DNA of 64,000 nucleotides from Patescibacteria group bacterium (GTDB taxonomy: Bacteria; Patescibacteriota; Minisyncoccia; Phycocordibacterales; Phycocordibacteraceae): assembly GCA_038064695.1 (NCBI GenBank), contig JBBTSO010000005.1, positions 106,070 to 170,069 on the forward strand, given 5' to 3'. The position numbers and the translations under genes are program-made. Positions 57,710 to 64,000 of the stretch are shown here, piece by piece (position 1 is the stretch's first letter; every line of letters starts with the position of its first letter). Under the pieces are notes generated by a model that saw only the letters and a list, made by a program, of their open reading frames with translations, was not told the DNA's origin and did no database searches.

Positions 57710-58588
57710 TTATCGAACATTACCAATAGAATTTTTTGCGGTGTCGTGTTTTGTTTGAAGAATGTCCGAAAGAAGCACAAGGAGCGTACCTGAATTTGAT
57801 GCGCCAAAACTCCATGATGCAATTTCAATGGTCTCTTTGTGTTTTTTCTTTGCCTCTTCTGCAATGTCGTTCGGATCAACATCGGGACTTAAAAGAAATG
57901 AGTACCACGGCAACTTTACTTTTACTTCTATGTCTTGCCCATCCTCCCCTTCAACGACCACGCGCTCAGTAAACGTGTGCGGAATGAACCCAAGGAGTTT
58001 TCCCGTTGCTCTGTAAGCAACTTCAAGTCCGTTGGTGCGAAACTCAATGTCTTCAATGTTTTCATCTTCAAGCAATACCCCCTTGGCAAAATTTTCAAGA
58101 TCCTGGCCCGATTGAAGTTCAGCAAACGCTTTAACATCTAGTAAAAAAGCTTCTTTGGTCGTTGCGTCCCATCCACGCACCTCAACGGCACTCACTGAAA
58201 TTTTTTCTCCCTCTTCAACTTTCCACCCGTATTCAACATTTCCTTTTTTCTCTTCAGCATCATCACTTCCCCCTCCTAACAAAACTGCCGTGTCGGGTGT
58301 GAGTTCTTCTCCATCGTCGGCAACGTCAATTTCATCTGGCTCAACTCCAGGAGTAGGTTTTGATTCTTCAACAGGAGCGGGGCGGTACGGAGATACCTGA
58401 ATGTCAGTGGTTGTTGGTTCGGTAGTGGATTTTGTACTTTCACCCTCCACACCATCAAGTTTAAGAAAATAATCCGTAGACGCTGCCTGGGCAACCACCG
58501 TGGCAAGCGCAAAAGTGGCAATAACTAAAAACGAAACAATGCTGACAAAAAGCGTGCCACGTTCAAACGTTACTGTTTTTGTTTTCAT
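57710..58588 (-). CDS. Secreted protein with dispersed Hcp-like peptides and needle-like C-terminal helix
   Basis: Signal peptide AQA; see findings. Confidence 0.8.
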   Translation of the reverse strand: MKTKTVTFERGTLFVSIVSFLVIATFALATVVAQAASTDYFLKLDGVEGESTKSTTEPTTTDIQVSPYRPAPVEESKPTPGVEPDEIDVADDGEELTPDTAVLLGGGSDDAEEKKGNVEYGWKVEEGEKISVSAVEVRGWDATTKEAFLLDVKAFAELQSGQDLENFAKGVLLEDENIEDIEFRTNGLEVAYRATGKLLGFIPHTFTERVVVEGEDGQDIEVKVKLPWYSFLLSPDVDPNDIAEEAKKKHKETIEIASWSFGASNSGTLLVLLSDILQTKHDTAKNSIGNVR

Positions 58589-58603
58589 AGATTTAGTATA
58601 TCG

Positions 58604-58759
58604 TTAAATTGCAAAATATACTCCTAAATAATACGGCCAAAGAATGATAGCGAGTAACCCCTTCATAAAAGAGAGGTGTAAAAACCCAACCGTAAAGAGC
58701 CATCCCGCGAGCCACACTCCACCGCCCAACGCCTCATTGTGAATTTTAATTTTATCCAT
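58604..58759 (-). CDS. Small conserved membrane protein
   Basis: GGVWLAGWLFTVGF...LAIILWPYYLG; start re-called at ATG 58759. Confidence 0.75.
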   Translation of the reverse strand: MDKIKIHNEALGGGVWLAGWLFTVGFLHLSFMKGLLAIILWPYYLGVYFAI

Positions 58760-59002
58760 ACGCCCATAATACAAGCTCAAAAAAGAGCTCTCCAATACCT
58801 GTGTATAACGCCCTTTCCTACTGCTACAGTTTAGCTGTTAACAACTAACATATTTTTATGGGAATAGAATTTGGCGCTTTTAATAAAATAGGGGTCAGCG
58901 ACGAAACAAGCCAGTCTCTACGAGATGGTGGAGGAACAAATATCCCTGCGTCACAACGCGGAGGAGGCAAAAACTAAAACGCGCTCAAGATATGTTGGCG
59001 TG

Positions 59003-59896
59003 TTACCGTTTTTTAATTTCAAAAGTAAACGCGTAGTCGGCTGGTTTTAACACCACACCCTCACGAGGGAGCGGTGTTACTTGCACCAGGGTAACTTCCT
59101 CCGCTTCAGTGGTGAGCGACTTCAAATCTTCAAATACATACTCCGCGGTCCCCAGTCCACTCGTGATGGTGGTGTGCACTTTTACGCGCCCTGCCCACAC
59201 GCACTGCACGTCAGCGGGGCAGCGGCTGTCTTCCACGAGTTCGCTCACCTGTATGGTGACTCCAAGGATGCTCGTCTTTTCTCCCACCTTTAAGGTAACG
59301 CGCGCAAACGTGTCCGTGTTGGTGTGTTCTCCTTCAAAATTTTGAACCACTTCACCGAAGTCATTGTTATCGGAGCTATATTTTAGGTACAGACTTTTTC
59401 CCATTGAAGGTTGCGTCGTGAACGGTTCTCCTGGTTTGCGAACAGCATAATTAACTATAATGCGCCCATCGCGATACTCCGTCGTCTGAGGAGCGATTCT
59501 GTCTCCTATAAACACAGCCTGCGTCCCACGATACCCACCCGCTTCCTTAATTGCCCCTGCGAGAAAAAAGAACGTGCCACTTCCCCCCGGCTGTTGGGTG
59601 ACCAGAAAAACAATATCTTCGTCACCGTCTCCGTCAATGTCGCCACGCGCTTCGTTGCCAAAATACTGATAGGAAGTCGTTATACTCTCATCGTCCGCGG
59701 AAACTACCTCTGCTTTCCCGTTTTCTAAATGCACCCACTCACCTGAAAAGAGGTACCATCCGTTTTTGGGGTCGGTAACCACCTTTTCATCAGTTTGCTT
59801 TTCGTTATAAATAAAAGAATTAAAGGCAAAAAAGCCCGCCACAAGCGCGCCAAGCACAACCACTGCAATACCAATATTTTTTAATGACATACTCAT
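59003..59896 (-). CDS. Membrane-anchored hypothetical protein
   Basis: GDIDGDGDED, GGSGTFF, GDRIAPQ; C-terminal DSRCPADVQCVWAG domain. Confidence 0.85.
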   Translation of the reverse strand: MSMSLKNIGIAVVVLGALVAGFFAFNSFIYNEKQTDEKVVTDPKNGWYLFSGEWVHLENGKAEVVSADDESITTSYQYFGNEARGDIDGDGDEDIVFLVTQQPGGSGTFFFLAGAIKEAGGYRGTQAVFIGDRIAPQTTEYRDGRIIVNYAVRKPGEPFTTQPSMGKSLYLKYSSDNNDFGEVVQNFEGEHTNTDTFARVTLKVGEKTSILGVTIQVSELVEDSRCPADVQCVWAGRVKVHTTITSGLGTAEYVFEDLKSLTTEAEEVTLVQVTPLPREGVVLKPADYAFTFEIKKR

Positions 59897-59932
59897 ATAC
59901 TACCAAACGTGTGAAGAAACACTTCCTTACTG

Positions 59933-60442
59933 TTAGTCCACTCGGATTTCAACATTCGTGGGTAATTTTTCACGAATAATAGCAAGATCCGCCTCAGCAT
60001 AGTCGTTTCCGCGCAAGTCAAGAATTTTTAGGTGTGAAAGATTTCCCAGCTCATACGGTAAACCAGTAAGGCGATTGTATGAAAGGTCCAGCACTTCAAG
60101 CTCAGATAGTTGTCCCACTTCAGCGGGGACTCCGGTAAACTGATTCCCCGAGAGATCTAAAACGATAAGGTTTTTTAAGTGACGAACTTCCGCAGGGAGT
60201 GACCCCGTAAGCGCGTTGTCTGAAAGGTCCAATTCTATGATGTTGTTTTGCGTGAAGGTATCCTGAGATACACTCGTGAGTCCACGCCCACCCAAATCCA
60301 ACACAGCACCTTTAAAAAGTTCTTCACTTTGTTCTTCTCCATCCTGGAAAAAATAAGGAGCGTTTGGTGAGAGTTGGCTATATCCAAAAAATCCTGCCAC
60401 GATAACCAATACGGAAATAATACCTAAAATGAGTGCATTCAT
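59933..60442 (-). CDS. Membrane-anchored leucine-rich repeat protein
   Basis: Four to five LxxLDLSxNxLTGLP repeats. Confidence 0.92.
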   Translation of the reverse strand: MNALILGIISVLVIVAGFFGYSQLSPNAPYFFQDGEEQSEELFKGAVLDLGGRGLTSVSQDTFTQNNIIELDLSDNALTGSLPAEVRHLKNLIVLDLSGNQFTGVPAEVGQLSELEVLDLSYNRLTGLPYELGNLSHLKILDLRGNDYAEADLAIIREKLPTNVEIRVD

Positions 60443-60753
60443 ATATGAGGAAAGGGAACGGTAACAAAAATGAGCATAGCGAGAGCAACAAAAACCGCGA
60501 AGTACGCAACGATCTTTAAGAAGAAGGTTACCGCTTCCTGTTTCTGCCCCTCAACGTAGAGCGTTACCGGTTTGTAGAAAAAAAGGTACGCCATCACCGA
60601 AACAGAAAGTACCAAAAGCGACAGCATGACGACAGGAGCAAACACTTCACTCTGCCCATCGTTAGTCAGGGCCAACATTCCCTGCATAACGCCGACAACT
60701 CCTACTATATAGAGCGCCGCCAAGCTCGCCTGCAACAGTGGTTGTGGATTCAT
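60439..60753 (-). CDS. Small 3-TM conserved hypothetical protein
   Basis: Hydropathy; LLVLSVSVMAYLFFYKP. Confidence 0.8.
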   Translation of the reverse strand: MNPQPLLQASLAALYIVGVVGVMQGMLALTNDGQSEVFAPVVMLSLLVLSVSVMAYLFFYKPVTLYVEGQKQEAVTFFLKIVAYFAVFVALAMLIFVTVPFPHI

Positions 60754-60778
60754 TTATTCACTATAACACTGCCCGTTC

Positions 60779-61012
60779 CTACCTTCCCCTCCGCAATGAA
60801 GTCATGCTCGTGAGTGCGCAAAAGAGCCCGGTTATAAGAAACACGTCAACCGCATCAAATAACGTGGTCTCTTGATCAAAAAGGGACGCAAAAGGGAGAG
60901 GTGCGCGTTCACCTTCATTCAATGCACTGACCCCGGCCTGGTGACAAGCAATTCCAAGTCCCGCATTAACGCCTGACAAAGTGAGCATCAATAATTCTCT
61001 TCCTCGTGCCAT
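60779..61012 (-). CDS. Small orphan membrane protein
   Basis: 77 aa, co-directional, fills gap. Confidence 0.5.
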   Translation of the reverse strand: MARGRELLMLTLSGVNAGLGIACHQAGVSALNEGERAPLPFASLFDQETTLFDAVDVFLITGLFCALTSMTSLRRGR

Positions 61013-61018
61013 ACCGTA

Positions 61019-61711
61019 TTAGCGATGTTTGCCTTTCTCTTCTTTTACTATCTTTCCATCATCAATGGTAATAATGCGTTCAGCGTTTTCGGCATACTGT
61101 CGTTCGTGAGTCACCATAATAATAGTCTGCCCCGCGGTGTGGAGTTCTTCAAAAATCTTCATCACAATTTCAGACGCCACGTTGTCCAAGTTTGCGGTCG
61201 GTTCGTCAGCAAACAGCACCTCTGGTTTGTGCACAGTAGAACGCGCGATAGACACGCGCTGCTGTTCTCCTCCTGACAACTGACTCGGAAGGTTGTTGAG
61301 GCGATGCCCTAGTCCCGTACGTTCAAGTGAAGCGGTCGCCTCAATGTAGGCGTGCTTTTTTGTTTTACCCTGCATCAAAAGAGGAAGTGCTACATTCTCA
61401 AGCGCGGTTAGTTCCGGTAGGAGCGCGTAGTCTTGAAACACATACCCAAAGTTGTTGAGACGAAACTGGACGCGCTCGGCCTCTCCCATGGTGGCCACCG
61501 ACCGTCCCCGAATAAGTATGTCGCCCGCGGTTGGCTGGTCCAACAAACTCATTTGGTACATAAAGGTACTCTTCCCCGCGCCGCTTCTTCCCATGATGGT
61601 AATAAACTCGCCTTCAATGGCTTCAAAATCAATTCCCTTGAGAACGTGCGTCTCCACATCGCCTTGAGTGAATGATTTTTTAAGTTCGTTGGTTTTAATA
61701 ATAATCGACAT
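61019..61711 (-). CDS. ABC ATP-binding protein (LolD/MacB type)
   Basis: GRSGAGKS, LSGGEQQR, DEPT, VTHE; start re-called at ATG 61711. Confidence 0.95.
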   Translation of the reverse strand: MSIIIKTNELKKSFTQGDVETHVLKGIDFEAIEGEFITIMGRSGAGKSTFMYQMSLLDQPTAGDILIRGRSVATMGEAERVQFRLNNFGYVFQDYALLPELTALENVALPLLMQGKTKKHAYIEATASLERTGLGHRLNNLPSQLSGGEQQRVSIARSTVHKPEVLFADEPTANLDNVASEIVMKIFEELHTAGQTIIMVTHERQYAENAERIITIDDGKIVKEEKGKHR

Positions 61712-61712
61712 A

Positions 61713-62963
61713 TTAGTTTCTTCCCAAAATTGAGTCCAACGTATTTTTACGAACAATCATCCACGCGGGCACAAACCCCGCGAGTACGGTGGAAACAACC
61801 AGAAGCACGATGCGCATCATGGTTTCATTAAGGGGTGCCACCAAAATGCCGTCAGAGAACGGGAAGTCTATGGGGTTCGCCAGAAATGAGGGTACCAATA
61901 TTAAATACACGATTCCCAGTCCGATGGCCGACCCGATGAGTGCATAAAACATTGACTGGAACACATATGAGTACTCAATCGCGCGGGGATGAATACCAAT
62001 CCCCTTCAAAATACCGATATATTTACGACGCGTAATAGCGTTAATGAAAATTACAATGAACACGGTGATAATTGCTACCACAAGACCAATCGACGAAAAT
62101 GCCGCGCCGAGCATTCCGAAGGTGGCAATAATATCTTTCAAAAACTGTGGCTGCGCGTCTTCATACGTCTGCACTTTGGCGAATTCACCTACGCCACTTA
62201 AAAGTATAGAATCACGCACCGTCGTTGGATCGACTCCTGGCTCAAGTTTCACCGCAATCTCGTCCACGTTCCCATCGGTGCGTCCAATGAGACTCCGAAG
62301 CTGCGCGTCGTCCATAAATGCCGCAACTGAAATATCATCCACTTTCGTTTTAATAATTCCTTTTACCGTAACCTCGCGAGTTACCTCACCCACCTTAATG
62401 CGAATTTTAGTACCTATACCGACGTTATCCAGCGACTGAAACGCGGGGCTCTGCACGGGGATATATTGGGAGAGCAAAAAGTGGCCGAGAACAATTTTGT
62501 CATAGTCTCCCGGCTCAAGAAATGAACCTTCAATGATGTATTGCGCGATACCCGTCACTGCCTGTTCGCGAATAGGATCAATGCCAACAATTTGCGCGCT
62601 CGCCGTGTTTGGTTTGTCGGTATCTTTTCGTGTTTTGTAGTTAGCTTCCAACAGTGCCGCCTCACGGTACCGTGGCGTCACTGACTCGACTCCCGGTACT
62701 TTTTCAATGAGTGAAACGATGTTCGGGCTGTTCTCAATATATTTTTTATCTTGGAGTGATGAAATAATAACGTCTGACGTGTACTGCACGCGTGTCTGGT
62801 CTACGGCGCCCTGAATCAACCCTACCAAAATGCCGTACACCACGACCAAGTTTAAAAACGTCAAAACCATCACGAAAATAATGAGCCCCGTGGTCCACAC
62901 GCTGGTGCGCTGCAATTGGCGAAGCGCGAGATAAAAGCCAATGCGTGCGGGCCGAGGTTTCAT
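61713..62963 (-). CDS. FtsX/LolE-like ABC permease
   Basis: TM1, large extracellular domain, RRKYIGILKGIG, three TM. Confidence 0.92.
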   Translation of the reverse strand: MKPRPARIGFYLALRQLQRTSVWTTGLIIFVMVLTFLNLVVVYGILVGLIQGAVDQTRVQYTSDVIISSLQDKKYIENSPNIVSLIEKVPGVESVTPRYREAALLEANYKTRKDTDKPNTASAQIVGIDPIREQAVTGIAQYIIEGSFLEPGDYDKIVLGHFLLSQYIPVQSPAFQSLDNVGIGTKIRIKVGEVTREVTVKGIIKTKVDDISVAAFMDDAQLRSLIGRTDGNVDEIAVKLEPGVDPTTVRDSILLSGVGEFAKVQTYEDAQPQFLKDIIATFGMLGAAFSSIGLVVAIITVFIVIFINAITRRKYIGILKGIGIHPRAIEYSYVFQSMFYALIGSAIGLGIVYLILVPSFLANPIDFPFSDGILVAPLNETMMRIVLLVVSTVLAGFVPAWMIVRKNTLDSILGRN

Positions 62964-62964
62964 G

Positions 62965-64000
62965 CTACTCCTTTAAAATAACCACGTCACCCGCGGAGAG
63001 TCCCGACACAATTTCTACGTCACCAAAACTGGAGGTAACACCCGTCGTTACGGTTTTTTGTACCTTTGCATCTCCCTCTTTCACCAACACGGTCTGAACT
63101 CCTCCCTCTTTTTTTACGGCGCCTACGGGAATCATCAGCACATTGTCTTTCGTGAGAGCGGTAATGACAATGTTTGCCGTCATACCGGCGCGCACGCGCT
63201 CGTCATCTTCATTAAATGCAAGGAGTGCGCGGTACGTAGACACGCCGTCACGCACGGTTTCCGCGGGGTCAACCGCGACAACGGAGGCAGGAAACTCAAC
63301 ACTCGTGCCGTACGCGTCGAGGGTTACCACCGCCGGGTCGCCTACTTCAAGGAGCGCGAGGTTTATTTCAGGGACAAAGCTCTCTATTTGTAAGGTGTTC
63401 TGCGAAATGAGAGAAATAACAGGAACGCTCGGAGTGGAAATTTCACCAAGTTTTGCGTCAATGGCGGTAACCACACCAGAAAACGGTGCAATGATGTATG
63501 TTTTTCTAAGCTGTGCTTCAGCGTCCAGCACCTGCGCGCGCGCCGCGTCAACGTCAGCCTGTTGTGCCGCGAGTGTTGAAGCGGTCGCGCCGGCCCGTTT
63601 TAAAAGAAGACTTTTTTCTGCTGACTCCAATGATGCGCGCGCATTTTTAAGCGCTGTTTCAGCACTCGTGAACGCGGAAGTAGCAGTGTTGACTGAAGAC
63701 CGCGCCGAAGCAACATCAGTGCCGTACCCTTCAAGAATAGTGCTGGTTACAGATCCGTTGGTAATGCCCTGACTCACGGCAATACTCGCGGAGAGTAAAA
63801 ATGATGAAACAGCGGAGAGTCCCGACTTAGTGGTAACAACAGCGGAAGTCAAATCAGACGAAGACGTGAGCGAAGTCGCCAGAGTCTCCAGCGATATCAA
63901 AACTGCCTCTACAGAGCGACGGCCACTCTCCGCGGTGATACGCACCTGAGCGTTGGATACGGAAAAAGTAAGTTGTGGGTCAGTCCGTGGGTTTGAAATA
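62965..64000 (-). CDS. Membrane fusion (HlyD/MacA-like) adaptor, 5' end outside window
   Basis: Long coiled coil, IIAPFSGVV, GMTA, EIVSGLSAGDVV. Confidence 0.9.
   Translation of the reverse strand, partial: ISNPRTDPQLTFSVSNAQVRITAESGRRSVEAVLISLETLATSLTSSSDLTSAVVTTKSGLSAVSSFLLSASIAVSQGITNGSVTSTILEGYGTDVASARSSVNTATSAFTSAETALKNARASLESAEKSLLLKRAGATASTLAAQQADVDAARAQVLDAEAQLRKTYIIAPFSGVVTAIDAKLGEISTPSVPVISLISQNTLQIESFVPEINLALLEVGDPAVVTLDAYGTSVEFPASVVAVDPAETVRDGVSTYRALLAFNEDDERVRAGMTANIVITALTKDNVLMIPVGAVKKEGGVQTVLVKEGDAKVQKTVTTGVTSSFGDVEIVSGLSAGDVVILKE

Noticed and set aside
58858-58977. 39 aa plus-strand ORF (MGIEFGAFNK...)
   Set aside because: Too short, and lacking motif or clear promoter support to call.

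Overview
A gene-dense window, mostly on the minus strand, of what looks like a Patescibacteria (CPR, Parcubacteria-type) chromosome in genetic code 11. The taxonomy is inferred from gene repertoire (short ATP synthase delta/epsilon, sigma-r4/HTH protein, ATP-cone/Mrr protein, many secreted orphans), not proven. Housekeeping genes include ung, ogt, mnmA, mltG, leuS, ychF, the F1Fo atp operon, mscL, tdh-kbl, NAD kinase, tRNA-Ala(TGC), ddl, uvrABC, tgt, cysS, nrdAB, class I aldolase, a two-component pair and a MacAB/LolCDE-like ABC system. There is no CRISPR array, integrase or transposase. Four things stand out. (1) A 3348-bp cell-wall island (hydrolase, MurF-like, second Ddl) sits inside ddl between exact 50-bp direct repeats; it gives Ddl a non-canonical catalytic C-terminus and strands the intact canonical tail downstream. 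(2) A family of structured REP/RPE-like palindromic elements occurs both between genes and in frame inside mnmA and uvrB, with compensatory stem changes. (3) A secreted protein carries three scattered Hcp-like peptides and a T3SS needle-like C-terminal helix. (4) Leaderless-type promoters are pervasive, and there are many small membrane orphan ORFs, two of them behind duplicated copies of the uvrB 3' end whose stop codon forms the -35 box. All homology calls are motif recognition by eye; no searches were run.
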